Shown here piece after piece: positions 41,044 to 54,682 of a stretch of DNA of 64,000 nucleotides. The stretch is taken from contig NC_043005.1 of NCBI RefSeq assembly GCF_006345805.1, positions 39,556,001-39,620,000 on the forward strand. The letters are read 5' to 3'. Position 1 is the stretch's first letter. Each line of letters starts with the position of its first letter. A program made the position numbers and the translations under genes. The notes below the pieces were generated by a model. That model did no database searches. It saw only the letters and a list, made by a program, of their open reading frames with translations, and had not been told where the DNA came from. Source of the DNA: Octopus sinensis (taxonomy: Eukaryota).

Positions 41044-42279
41044 CCTTACGGTATATGTTATGGATTTTTCTATTCTGACAGAAACGCCCACGACAATAGT
41101 GGTGTTCAACCCAAATTGGCGATCCGTCCTCAGGTTAACATCGGTGTTGTGCATACACAATTACTACTGTTTCTTTAAAACAAGCCTTCATATGCAAAGG
41201 CAGATGCACAACTAACTCTGATCGACGAAACTTTACACTGAAATCTTCTGCAAGCATTGTGATACTTGTTTACAGCTCTACAGGTCAGACTTCATCTAGA
41301 TGTAAGCTAGTGTTAACACACTTAATGCAGAAAACATGTAAACTTAAAATCAAACATGTGGTCAGAGAACAATATTGTTTTTATAATAATGTTGCTTTTT
41401 TATAATCTAAGTAGCTTTTGGATCTAACGTCAGCTCGTGCTAAACCCATTCGGCCAGCTCAACGCAAATTGCAATATTGAGCTTCCACTTGAGCATCAGT
41501 GTATGATCTATGAACTTTCATGGTCTAACACCGTTTGGTTTGACAGATGTACTTTTATCTGTACCTCAACCATCGCATGAAGCTACCAATCAACAAATCC
41601 CTCCCCCATTTTTATGCAGCATGTACAATAAAATCACCATGGTTTGTATCAACAGTTTATCAACCATCAAAATCGATGTTCCTCTATATTAAACACGCCG
41701 TTCTATCATTCTGATGAAGCAATAAAACAGTTTCTATGTTTCTGTGTGTGCATGTATGCGTGTTTTCCTTGTCCGTCATGCCTCATCAATTTCTTCTTAT
41801 TTATCCAAGAAAGCAGCAATCGTATTTCACACTCATTGCTTCCTAAATACCGTACCTGCCACAACCAAACTAGGCCACCGCCAAAGTTTTACTCATGCCA
41901 AAACCAATCATAATTTGGAGGTAATTTTTCGTATTGATATTTTTGTTGTGGCTGTTATTGCTTGTGTCATTGACATTGTTGCTGTTGACTATGATGATGA
42001 TGTTACTGATTTTGCTTTTGTTTTTACCTACTAGTGAGTTCTCAGTGTAGTTGATAATATCGTTGCTCTTGTTATTGTGATACTTACCGTGGTTGCTCGT
42101 GTTATTATTGCTGACATTACTAAAGAAGAGGATGGTGAGGGAAAAAAACGATGAAGTAGCAGTGCAGACAGATTGTCGTGATCGTCATCGTCGTTGTGAT
42201 GGTGGTGATGATTGTGGACGTGGTGGTGTGATTTTGAAATTACTAAAGAAATCGTTCCGTTTTAAACTTTGCCAGAAAA

Positions 42280-42780
42280 GAAAGTAAGATCTCTCTTACA
42301 TGCTCGCAAATTTCTTTACCCCTAAGAATATCTTGTATCTCTGTATAGCCTCTGTTCGACTCTGCGTTGACTATTTCTGTCATCTTTAGGCTGGTGCTTC
42401 ACCGAATTCAGAGTCGAGTTCTTAACATGCTGGGTCATCTTTCTGCTAGGTTGGAGTTTTGCACTCATTCTCGAAATGTATCTATGTCGTGTCTTTTCCA
42501 TATACGTATTTCCATGGTCACTGACGAACTGTCTAATCTAGTACCCTCTGTCAAGACCTTTAAATGTGCCACAAGCTTCTCTTCCAAAACGCATCGTTTA
42601 TTTGTTGGGCATCTTGTTCGTTTTAAAGCCTTCTATTCTAATGGTTTCTTTCCTCGAACTGCTGCTCTCTGTGATTCACTACTAATTGTCTTGCTTTTCT
42701 CTGAACTATTTTCATTCAGTTCCTTAAGCTTTTCTGTCTGTCGAAATCTTCTAAATTCGAACCTCTTCTTTTCCTTCTTT
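42280..42780 (+). mobile_element. CR1-group (Zenon-like) LINE 3' fragment
   Basis: LHARKF..NILYL..RIQSRVL..HSRNVSMSCLF..DELSNLVP..YSNGFFPRTAALCDSL matches the HRRxV..CSxEL..SFFPRT..LWNSLP pattern. Confidence 0.75.
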
Positions 42781-42849
42781 GTAGTCCCTCACGTTACAAT
42801 CACCTCAAGTCATGTTTGGCATAAAATCATATCAAAATATTATTTTTTA

Positions 42850-43123
42850 AGCGCCCTTTCGAAGCCTAGCCAGGCTCATGGGCCCGGTTTCCTGGTTTTT
42901 GTGGCATATGTGCCTGCCCCACTCCAGCTGGACGGGACGCCAGTCCATCGCAGCGTTACTCAAGAAACAGGAAGAAAGAGTGAGAGAAAGTTTGGGCGAA
43001 AGAATACAACAGGGGGTCGCCACACCCCCTGCCGGAGTCTCGTGGAGCTTTAGGTGTTTTCTCTCAAAAAACACACACAACGCCCGGTCTAGGAATCGAG
43101 GCCGTGATCCTCCGAACGCGAGT
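42850..43123 (-). mobile_element. Hybrid SINE family A (middle module of the 6737 copy plus 3' module of the 22975 copy)
   Basis: Reverse complement CTCCACGAGACTCCGGCAGGGG..CTCTTTCTTC then GCGATGGACTGGCGTCCCGTCCAG..GAGCCTGGCTAGGCTT. Confidence 0.85.
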
Positions 43124-46005
43124 AAACCAGGAAAGCACCACTGACAAATAAATTATCATCATGTCGTCCCTAAAAATTGTCCTTACATCAACTAGATGAA
43201 TAGTAGATAAATTAAAATTAGAATATCCACCAATGTAACATACTTACATATGCACAACGCTTAAAGGCATAATGCTGCGGATTTGTCTGAGACAAAATCT
43301 CTTCACAGACATATTCTGAAAAAGGAAAATATATACACCGAGCAAGGCAAACATTGTCCTAAGAGTGGTTCATGAAATGCTGTAACTACTTCGAGACATA
43401 CACTTAAAAATGATGTATTTCACATCACGAAGTTTCTGTTGTTTAATGAATTAAAAAAAAATTGGTTAGGCAACTCTTAATCTCGTTAACAACCCTAACA
43501 GCATTAAATTTTATAAATCTTCTAAAAATTTTAATATACACAACAGCTGACAAATATTTTGCCTTCATCATCATTGATAACAGTACCGCAGCGTCGAAAC
43601 AACAGTGCAAAATATAAAAACAACCAATACACTAAAATATATAATACACAGCGAAAATACATGAATCAAACTCATATGTAATTACAATAAAAACACAGAA
43701 ATAATGGAATATTTTACAAAGCAAACAGCTTTAAAACATTTAGATGCATTCAAGAGGGATTGGCAGAACCGTTAGCGATCTGAGTTCGAACGACAGAATA
43801 AGTACTAAGTTTTAAAAAGTAGATGTGGTTGATTTATCGACTAAACCCTTCAAGGCAGTTATACAGCATGACCGCAGTCCAATGTCTAGAACAAATAAAA
43901 TAGAAAAGATAAAAGATAAATTATCAAATGACCCTATCGGAAACAAAGAAAATACAGCCCTGGCTTTCGCAATTGGAATAAGCTAATATAAAACAAAAAA
44001 GTAAAGTAGGGGAAACTTCAAGCATAACAGATTGTCGTGGCAGAATGAGGCAATAAAACAAAGAAACAAAATTGAAAACAAGCCAAAAAACACGAGAAAT
44101 TAGTAAACATTTGTATGTAGCTTATAGGTCATAAAACTGGCAGTAAAAAATTATGGAGAGCAATTAGTATGATCAATGATGCTAATGAGGAAGCTTCTAT
44201 ATGGCCGTTTGACCAGTTAGAAATATAAACTAAATCTATCTCATATTACATTCTACTATCTTGAAAGATGTGACACACATTAGGTCTGAGTCTCACTATG
44301 AGTGAAATGAAACAAAGAAAAACAGGATGGTCAAAACTGGAACGTCTTAAATAAAGGGTCTGTTGGCTTAGGATTGACCCGGACCTGAGCAACAACAACT
44401 GTGGCAATAGTGAGTTTAGCAATATTGATTTAAATAAATTAATATCGCTAAACTCCAAGAAGCAGGGGAAAAGATAAACCAACCACACTGTTGAAACCTT
44501 GAAAGTCCCCTATAAAATTTATATTCTACAGGTCCACTACGCTTCTATGCAATTCCTTAAAAATTCTACGCAGTCCCTTTTTTTTATTTTAAAGCTGGTT
44601 TAAACAACAACACCTAATCGCAACGTGTTGACCGTTATCTAGAAAACCTTTGTGCAGGTGCTCAATTTGCTAACTATATATCGATCAAGCACACCTGACT
44701 GTCTTTAAAAAAAGGGGGAAGAAGGATGTTTTTGACAATTCAGGCTTCGATCCGCTAGTTCATAGCTAGAACACCTTTGATCATAGGTTTGATCAATCAG
44801 ATTTTACTTAGAGCTAATCAGCAACAACAATACACCAACAAACAGTACATTAATTAACTACTTTACCCAAAGATTATCTTAACAAAAGTCCAAGCTGTAC
44901 CATTTCTATCAGCAAAATGTTCAACTCCATTTATCGACACTACACATTTACAAGCAACATTCTAAATTACTTGTAGAAAAACATTAAAACTTCGTGAACT
45001 GTCTCTCAGATCACCAAGTCTTTGAAGAATTCAGGTACAAACTATCAAAAGTCCACGTTCTTCCATTTAGCGTACAACAAGATTCTCTCCTCCCACCGAC
45101 ACATATTAACTCATTTGAGTGTTACCCGTCATGTGACTGGTACTTTTAGAAGTATACCATCATAAGTAATATCGGGAAATATGACATGATATAATAATTT
45201 CTTGATATTGATGATATTTGATTCAAAATGATAGAATGAATACTAATATTCAAAAGAAAAATATTTATTAAAGCAAGATTTAAAACAATTTTCTCATTCG
45301 TATAACTCCCACTACTCTGTCATTTATTCCTCTTTCTCTTCTGCCCCTTATTCTTTACTTTCATTCACTCTACTCCTCTTATGTCAACTCTCTCTCTCCC
45401 TCTCTCTTTCTTTCTGTCTTTCTTTCTTTCTTTCTTTTTCTGTACCTTTCTTATACTTTCTCCCGCTTATCTCTATACGATGTAAAGCTTGACTGGAGAA
45501 GTCAGCCAACTAACCAAGCGTCAAATATATGCCACTGATCACTCTGAGCTGCTTCTCTTAATTCATCTCTGTTAAAGTAAAAGCCATGCTGCTACAGCAT
45601 CGCCAACCCCGCTATCTGCAACAACAATGATTCAAACTACTAATATTCCAACAAGCTCTGTCATCTCTTTGAAATAAGACAGACATGTTCCAGTTATTAA
45701 ATCTTAAGGCAAACTGTCCTATGATTCAAAGAAGATTGTTAGTTTCGAACAGTTCATTCGATCCCAATATCCGAGTATTATAAGGTTTACTTAATGACTC
45801 CTGACCTGGTCTGCTTAAATGATAACATGACTACAGATACAAGTATTTATAAAACCGTTATCCCGCCGCCATCACTGTCCACCTCTCGCTAAAATACTAG
45901 CAAGACTACTAGAGTCTAGAGTATCATTTAAGCAATAAATAGAAACATTCAAACTATGTACATGTATACATTCTTCTTGTTACCCATATACATATCTATC
46001 TATCT

Positions 46006-46058
<53 letters not shown>

Positions 46059-46262
46059 ATATATATATATATACAAACACGCATATATATATATATATAT
46101 ATGAGTATATATTTACAAACGTATATGTATAAAACATGCACCTAATATATATGTATATAAATTCCTTTGATTCACATCCTGGCTCATTAATAGAATTATT
46201 CATGTTTGTGTGCCCTTATGTATGTGTATGTCCATGAGTGTTTATTATATATACATACATAC

Positions 46263-46299
<37 letters not shown>

Positions 46300-47555
46300 A
46301 TATATATATCTATATATATATATATATATATACTATATATATATATATATACATATATATGTATATATTCCATTAATTACAAAGTGTCGCCTAATTAAGA
46401 ACTTTCGCTCCACTCAAAGTAATTAATTAAAATCACATTTCAATTCAACTGATGATTTTCGGAAATTTCTATTCGCCGAACGGAGATCAATGTTGTGAGT
46501 ACGGTGCACTGATACAGAGATATACACACACGCACGCATACACATACAAATGAACACACAAAATTGCACGAGCACAGCATACATACCTACACATACACTC
46601 ATACACACACACACACACACATTGATTCGCAGTATTGCCTGAATCTTCTTCACATTTTGAAGTTCATTATTTACATAAACCAATACCAACCATCAAGATT
46701 CTCCGGTGAATGCTCAGAAGCATAAGATATATACGTATATTGTAGATGTTATCTTTACCATTGCAAAACCTGTATGGAATATCGGTGAAACCTAATAAAA
46801 ATATCTATTTTGTTGAAAAACCATTTTCCTCCCATACTCAATTTTTTTTAAATTAATCGGATAGAATCAAAACGAAATATAAATGCTTATTATTTTAAAT
46901 TCAAATGGAAGCTGGAGAACTTCCTCCATGAAATACTAAATAAACCACCGAGACATTATTGCATTTCATGAAATAACTCCCTAATTGATGAGGCTATCAT
47001 GCCTTAAAATTTGTGGTGTAAATAAAACAAATATACGTTAAGAAAAAACAGTTTTTGCAAAATAAGAAATAAGGGACCTCAAAAACTTTCAAACAGATGT
47101 TGGAAACATTTCTCCAGATACCAGATTAACCCACAGACACCTGGATGCATCTCAGCAAATAACTCCGTATTTGAGTGGGCCAAGATGTGCTAAATCATGG
47201 CTTGGAAGACTAATTTATGTGGTACTGTTAAGTTAGATTAGATATGTCCACAACTTATATAAGTTATTGAATTAAATATTTTGTTAAATATTGTCATATT
47301 CATCTTCAAGATACATTTCTGATGGAGTTCATTTTACATATTGATATCCTAGTCTCTGCCTAGGTTTGAATACAGCTCTCAGATATTCTCGCTCTAAATA
47401 TATTTCTATAAAAAGAAAAGAATGTAAAGACAGGTGAAAACCACTAAGCATATTGCCCAGTATGCTAACGATTCTGCCATCTGATCGCACTAATAATAAT
47501 AATAACAACAACAACAACAACAACAACAACAATAATAATAATAATAATAATAATG

Positions 47556-48131
47556 AAAAAAGGCATAGGAGGGGCGATGCATACCCTGCGCGCAGATAAT
47601 TTTTTTCGCAAATTATATTGTGGCTTACAATGCGTTACTTATCCATACATTTTAATTGAACTAAATTAAGCATTGTAAGTGTTTGACAAAAAGGGGATTA
47701 GAAACCTAAGTAGATGACAGCTAATAGTAGACTTGATCGAAGTCTACGCCAAACGCATATGAGTAAAATTTGCATATGACAAAATAAATGAATATTCAAA
47801 TACATGATTATGAAAAAGAAAGTGAACAAAATGAAATAATTATAGAAAATATTGCATAGAATTTGAGAAGTGCTTTCAAAGTCTTTCAATGATGGCAGGA
47901 GAATCAAACGTACTGTGGTTCGCTGTAGGTTGTAAATAATACGAACACTTGCTTATCAAGACATTTGTAAGCTCGATTTTTTTAATTAATTATTTTCTTT
48001 TTAAGTATCACCATTAGAAGTATTCATATTCAGGTAAAATAAAGAAATCATCTCATAAATATATGAAATCTTGGAATCCCTCACTGTACACACACACAAT
48101 TGCATATCTTTGTATGTATTTATGTGTATAT

Positions 48132-48204
<73 letters not shown>

Positions 48205-48789
48205 ATCCACATGAATTTACATACATAGGCACACCATGATCTATACACACGCAGACGAGAATTGTATCAAATGTTTATACAGCAATATATGTTATATATG
48301 TATGTATGTATATATATGTAATATATATGTTATATATATATATATATATATAATATATATATATATTATATATTATATATATATATATATATATATTGCG
48401 TACTATTCTGTGATGGTAAAATCAACAAAAGAAGTATTCCATCTGGTGAGAGATAAAAAATATTTAATAGACATAATACATGTTTTTATGTGCGTGCTAG
48501 GAATAGGTTCTTGTACTGAGAATATGCCAAAACGAGGCATACCCACCCTCCGTGCACATAAATTCTTTCGCAAAATCTGCACTGTTAAAATATTGTGATT
48601 CACCCGTTTCGGCAGTGTTGAAAACAATCAAACTAAATTTTCATCATTTTGAGACGCTCACCCAATGGGTATTTCTGCCAAATTTAGTGAAAATCCGTTC
48701 CGCCGTTTTCTAGTAATTTTGCAAACACATACACAAACAGGCAAATACGAGTGATTACAATTCCCTGCTTTCGCTTATGCGCGCAGGGT

Positions 48790-48792
<3 letters not shown>
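47556..48792 (-). mobile_element. Helentron-associated non-autonomous element (HINE/DINE-1-like)
   Basis: 14-bp subterminal inverted repeats ATACCCTGCGCGCA (47581-47594 and 48778-48791). On the minus strand: 5' CCCTGC..GCAGGG stem, a TGT-rich tract and GATTTTCACTAAATTTGG; 3' GCAT..ATGC hairpin then T6. Inserted in (AAT)n. Confidence 0.8.
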
Positions 48793-48832
<40 letters not shown>

Positions 48833-49067
48833 GTGGGGACTAAAAACAGAAACAATTCTTATCAGAGAAGGTGAATTAGATATGGTAAATAGCATTCAGA
48901 CAAATACATAACAAAAACACCAGTATTTAAAAGTATACATAACATAGAGAAAATAGCACTTCATCCCACGTAAAATACTTTCAATACAGTGAAAATAAGA
49001 GCATCACAACAAACCACAGTACATACCCAAGGCACACAGAGCTGCACTCGGTAGTACAGTGAAAGCA
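48833..49067 (+). mobile_element. 3' fragment of an R4/Dong-like non-LTR element
   Basis: WGLKTETILI..ITKTPVFKSIHNIEKIAL..ILSIQ* resembles the RLE C-terminus; 3' UTR runs into (GAA)n; (AAT)n upstream. Confidence 0.7.
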
Positions 49068-49127
49068 CGTGATAAAATAAGACTTTTGAAGAAGAAGAAG
49101 AAGAAGAAGAAGAAGAAGAAGAAGAAG

Positions 49128-49158
<31 letters not shown>

Positions 49159-49290
49159 GGAAGAAGAAGTGGGAGAAGAAGTGGAAGAAGAAGAAGAAGA
49201 AGAAGAAGAAGAAGAAGAAGAAGAAGAAGAAGAAGAAGAAGAAGAAGAAGAAGAAAAGAGAAGAAGAAGAAGAAGAAGAAGAAGAAGAAG
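49068..49290. repeat. (GAA)n microsatellite
   Basis: Direct reading. Confidence 0.98.
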
Positions 49291-51975
49291 AGCGCAGCAC
49301 CAATTTCCTCTCAATGATTAGCTGGAGATGATTTTTAGAATGAGAATATCTGAAATAAACTCGACTTCTCTCACAAACGAGAATACCAAAAATGAACCCG
49401 ACCGCTCTCTGTAATGCTGTGTGTGTATTGTCTGCAGTAACCTAAAGACACACCTCATTTCTGAGTGAAAATGCCAAGAAAAATATATGACGATAACGGT
49501 TTGAACGGGACTAGAACCAGTGGTGAAAGTGCCGCACCTGGCAGGTGCCCTACTGTGCAGTAGGGTGGGCCCGGTCTTAATCCAACAACTGCTAGCCATA
49601 TTACAAGGCACAATCCTTGTACTGGTCAAATTATGCAATATGATCGTAAACGCAAGCGCTCTGTTGATGTGAACTAAAAGGCGATCCAGTGCCATGAACA
49701 AGCCTTGCTAGACAAGAACAATGGCAAATGTAAAGCTATCGGAAAAAGATAATTAGAACTTTGGAACCAGTAGGGTATGTTCCAGATTACTGAAAATGGA
49801 CTCGTTAATCAGATAAGAATAATTCGGAACAGAGGCTTTCTTAATGAGGCACAGATTCAGACAATCAGGAAAAGCCTCTGTAGTGGTGAGAATCTTGAGG
49901 AGAATAACGTAGGAGAAGATCAGCGAATGCATAGGCAAGATGAAGCTGTAGTGAAGGAGAGACCGGCCAATCAATATAAGGTAGAAAACCCTGAAATAAG
50001 AGAGTATATGATAGAGGAACAGGGAAACCTCAGGAAAAGACTCGAGGATATAAGGATCACAAGAACAGAGACCAAGCCGGTGCATCTAAGAAGCTTCGAC
50101 CGTGACAATGAGAAACGCGCAACCCAAAAAGTTGATGAGATTCTGAAACACATTCTGACAAAAGATCTAACAGAAACAAGGGACTCGATCAGATCCACTT
50201 CAATTTTAGTAGGTGAACTGGTTGGAAAGAAAGAGAGGAAAGTAGACGGACAGAAGGAGCCAAGATGAAAGCGGAGAATTGAAGACAATATTATAACTTT
50301 ACGTAAAGATCTAAGCCGCATAGAAGAATGGTCAAAAGGGCAATAGAAAAATGGTAAAGAAAGTGCAAGAGTATATCTTGACGCGAGGTACCAAATAGAA
50401 ATGAAAGGGTTCAAAACTGCCATCAAAACCATAAAACAACGTGTGCAGGCTAAAACATTAAAAGTATAGTGCTACACTGACCGCATATCGCAGTTTCAGC
50501 AAAGCCGGTTATTCTCAGACAAACAGAAGCAGTTTTTTAAAGGTTTAGAAGGAAACACAGAAGATAATACACCCCCTGAAGCAGAAGAAAGCCGCCAATT
50601 TTGGAATAACATCTGGGGGCAAGACGTTTTGCACAACCAGAGAGCTGAGTGGATTCATTCCGTGAGATACATACTCCATCACCCGGAGGTTCCACGACAG
50701 GACTATGTGCGCATAACAATGGAAGATGTCCTTGCACAGATATCAAAATTGCCAAACTGGAAAGCAGTAGGACTAGATGGAATTCAAGGCTACTGGCTCA
50801 AGTGGTTTAGGTCAATACACAAGAGAATTGCGTTGCAATTATTCAATTTCCTACAGAGCGGTACACCTCCGGAGTGGATGGTAGAGGGGAAAAAAGCGGA
50901 GAAAAGAAGAAAAGCAAAGCAAGAAGTACAAAAAGGATATGTAAAAGCATTGCGTAACAAGGGACTACATAATCACTTTCAAGTAGCCTTGACTGAAGTT
51001 ACTGGAAAACAGGTGGAACTGGCTGAAGAAAGCAACACTGAAAACAGAGACTGCGTGCACCATACTGGCAACGCAAGACCAAGCTTAGGCCACAAATTGG
51101 AAGGTCAACCTTAGGAATGTGCAAGTGCCTCCATTGTGCCGAATCTGTAATTAGGGTGGATGAAATAATTGTCCATATCGTGAAAGAATGCCCTACACTT
51201 GCCCAAATCCACTATAAGTTGAGACGAATCGATGAGGTGACGAACGTGTTACACTGGAAACTATGCCAAACGTGAAGCCTTGAGAGGGGTAACACGTAGT
51301 ATGAACACGAACCGAAGACAGTGGCGGAGTCGGAGACTTGTAATCCTGTGGGATTTCCCAATCCAAATTGATCAGGTAATAGAGCACAAGTCGGACCTAG
51401 TAGTGGTGCAGAAGGTGAAGCACATTTGCTATATAATTGATGATGCGTGCCCCTTTCGGCCTCAGACAGTCAAGAAGGAAGGCGAAACAATAGATATATA
51501 CAATCCTCTTAGGTACGAAATAGCCCGGCTATGGAGAATGAAGAAGGTGAGGATAGTGCCAATTATTGGTGGGTCCTTGAGGACGGTATCATTAGGCTCA
51601 TCCAGGGGAAAATAAAGGAAATCGAATTCACGTAGTCAGGGTCGGTCCTAGGATTGCGGGTTGCCCGGGGTAAGCTGTACTGCAGCGTGTACCAGCTGAA
51701 GATCGTGAATATTTTCTTTGTTTTTGTCACGCCTTCCTTGGCGCCCTATCCCAATGGTGCCTCGAGCGGCGCCCGAATTTGTTGTTGCCTTGAGCCGGCC
51801 CTGCTCGTAGCGTGCCCAGAAGAGCTGTTCCAAAAGGTTTTACCTTCTTGGCACGGCCACAATAATCAGGAAAGTATTAGGTAGCTGAACATATAGCATA
51901 GTACGTTAGGCTGCAGGTAGCAAGTCCGCTACGCATGCAAGACGTCGAGAGTTCCAACAAAACCTGAGTTAAAAG
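49291..51975 (+). mobile_element. R4/Dong-like RLE non-LTR retrotransposon, decayed, RT core deleted
   Basis: LVNQIRIIRNRGFL; EPR*KRRIE..LRKDLSRI; FWNNIW..HNQRAEWI; KLPNWKAVGLDGIQGYWLK..PEWMVEG, then a jump at about 50890 to LKTET..QDQA, CRIC..HIVKEC zinc knuckle, ILWDFPIQ.D..DLVVV..IID.ACP, LLQK..LLGTATIIRKVL. Confidence 0.9.
51637..51803. mobile_element. hAT-type MITE inserted in the LINE endonuclease
   Basis: TIRs CAGGGTCGGTCCTAGG / CCTTGAGCCGGCCCTG; 8-bp TSD CACGTAGT / CTCGTAGC; second copy at 52720-52885 in the duplicated block. Confidence 0.85.
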
Positions 51976-52420
51976 GATATATGGAGCTAGGGAGATAACT
52001 CAACTGGACTGACTGCATGCATTTGTTTGACGTCATCAACATAGAATGGTTACTTAAGCCTGTTTAAATATTGGACAGGTTTTAGCATATAGAAAAATAT
52101 TATGAATAATTTATGGTCATTATAAACTGCATAATTGAAAAAAAAACAGGGTCAACAGGTGAATAACCTAAATAAACTAATGACATGACATGAATTTGAA
52201 TATATGTTAAGGATGGTGGGCTGAGTATTGTGTGAAAAAGTTTATAAAAGCTAAAAACAACATTCTTAATTGAATTTTTCCATTTAGTCGGAGAAAGAAT
52301 ATAACAATCGAGAGAGTGCCGTTGGAGAAAGTAAAGAACAAAGAGAAGAAGAAAGAAAGAAAGAAAGAAAGAAAGAAGAAAGAAAGAAAGAAAGAAAGAG
52401 TAAGAAAAAAAAGAGAAAGG

Positions 52421-52520
52421 NNNNNNNNNNNNNNNNNNNNNNNNNNNNNNNNNNNNNNNNNNNNNNNNNNNNNNNNNNNNNNNNNNNNNNNNNNNNNNNN
52501 NNNNNNNNNNNNNNNNNNNN
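52421..52520. other. Assembly gap (100 N) between two copies of the same ~1 kb sequence
   Basis: 51436-52420 is repeated at 52521-53511. Confidence 0.97.
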
Positions 52521-53437
52521 ATTGATGATGCGTGCCCCTTTCGGCCTCAGGACGTCAAGAAGGAAGGACGAACAATAGATATCTACATCCTCTTAGGTAC
52601 GAAATAGCCCGGCTATGGAGAATGAAGAAGGTGAGGATAGTGCCAATTATTGGTGGGTCCTTGAGGACGGTATCAGTAGGCATCCAGGGGAAAATAAAGG
52701 AAATCGGAATTCACGTAGTCAGGGTCGGTCCTAGGATTGCTGGTGCCCCGGGTAAGCTGTACTGCAGCGTGTACCAGCTGAAGATCGTGAATATTTCTTT
52801 GTTTTTGTCACGCCTTCCTTGGCGCCCCCTACCAAATGGTGCCTCGAGCGACTGCCCGAATTGTTGTTGCCTTGAGCCGGCCCTGCTCGTAGCGTGCCCA
52901 GAAGAGCTGTTACAAAAGGTTTACCTTCTTGGCACGGCCACAATAATCAGGAAAGTATTAGGTAGCTGAACATATAGCATAGTACGTTAGGCTGCAGGTA
53001 GCAAGTCCGCTACGCATGCAAGACTCGAGGAGTTCCAACAAAACCTGAGTTAAAAGGAATATATGAGCTAAGGGAGATAACTCAACTGGACTGATGGCAT
53101 GCATTTGGACGTCATCAACATAGAATTGTTTACTTAAGCCTGTTTAAATAGTTGGACAGGTTTTAGCATATAGAAAAATATTATGAATAATTTATGGTCA
53201 TTATAAACTGCATAATTGAAAAAAAATAACAGGGTCAAAGGTGAATAACCTAAATAAACTAATGACATGACATGAATTTGAATATATGTTAAGGATGGTG
53301 GGCTGAGTATTGTGTGAAAAAGTTTATAAAAGCTAAAAACAACATTCTTAATTGAATTTTTCCATTTAGTCGGAGAAAGAATATAACAATCGAGAGAGTG
53401 CCGTTTGGAGAAGAAAGAAAGAACAAAGAAAGAAGGA

Positions 53438-53489
<52 letters not shown>

Positions 53490-53956
53490 GTAAGAAAAAA
53501 AGAGAGAAAGGGTAAGAAAGGAAAAGGAAACAAAGGACAACTCAGAGAAAGAAATAAAGAAAAAAAGAAAAATAGAAAATGGATAAAAGAAAAGAATGAA
53601 GGAAAGAAACAAAGGGAAGGAAAGGGCGAATATACTGTTGAATGAATGAAATGAAATAGAAAGAAATTGAGAAGAGAACGCAGGTAAATAAAAAGTTAGG
53701 TGGATTGATGTAGGGAACATAAGAATATAATCTGAAGAACGAAGTATTGAGAAAGAACAAATGGAAGGAAAAAATAAAGAAAAAAGGTAGAAGCAACGAT
53801 TGATAAAATAATGAAAAATATTTTTCAACCAAAAAAAGGAAACGAAAAAAGTGGAAAAGAAAGAGAGAAGAAAAGAGAAAAAGAAATATGAAAAAATAAA
53901 TTCAACAGAGAAAAAAGGCAATATATTCATAAATGAATAAAAACGAATGATGAAAA

Positions 53957-53987
<31 letters not shown>

Positions 53988-54527
53988 AGGTATAAATGTA
54001 AGAAGCTAAAACGTAAATAAAAGAAAACACGAAGTGTATGTGTGTGTGTGGGGGGGGTGCGTTTACACACACAAGAACAACAAGGAAGAACGAAGAAAAA
54101 CAGAAACGGAAGGAAAGAAAGAGAAAGCTGGTGATCGATTATTAAGATAAAGGTATAACCATCTTCGGACATAAAATCGATTTCTCACTCTTCGACAATG
54201 ATTTTATTCTCGTCTTTCGACACAAACATGTCGATATTTCAGTTGGTAATTATGATAAAGTTAATTAAACTTCTACTTATTTGTTTCCTTTATTAGTTTT
54301 GCTCTTCACCATTTTTATTCTAAATTCCTCGTTTCCATCTTTATTTTAATTCCTCCATAGTGATGAAACCACATTAAAATTTCTTTTATCAATTATTTGG
54401 GTTTTTTTTAAATTTAAATTTTGGTTTCTTTCTGCTGTTACTTTATTATTATTTCAGTTTAACTTTTTAAAAATTTGTCTGCATATTCAGTGTCTTTTTG
54501 GGATATATGTGTTTATGTGTGTGTTTG

Positions 54528-54563
<36 letters not shown>

Positions 54564-54682
54564 ATACATATATATATGTATATGTATATGTATGTATGAG
54601 AAAGTATGTATACATATGAGTATGTGTGTGTCTGTGTCTTTGCCTGTGTCTGTGTCTGTGTATGTGTATGTGTTGTGTGTGT

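Noticed and set aside
41220-41760. Possible PLE endonuclease tail and CTGATGA box
   Set aside because: Weak motif (ARAKPIRPAQRK) and no complete HHR; not supportable.
49291-49400. HDV-like ribozyme at the LINE 5' end
   Set aside because: A TTCCTC motif is present but I could not build P1/P3/P1.1 pairings by eye; it needs a descriptor search.
53400-54120. 213-aa Phe/Ser-rich ORF on the minus strand
   Set aside because: Product of an A/G-rich low-complexity tract.
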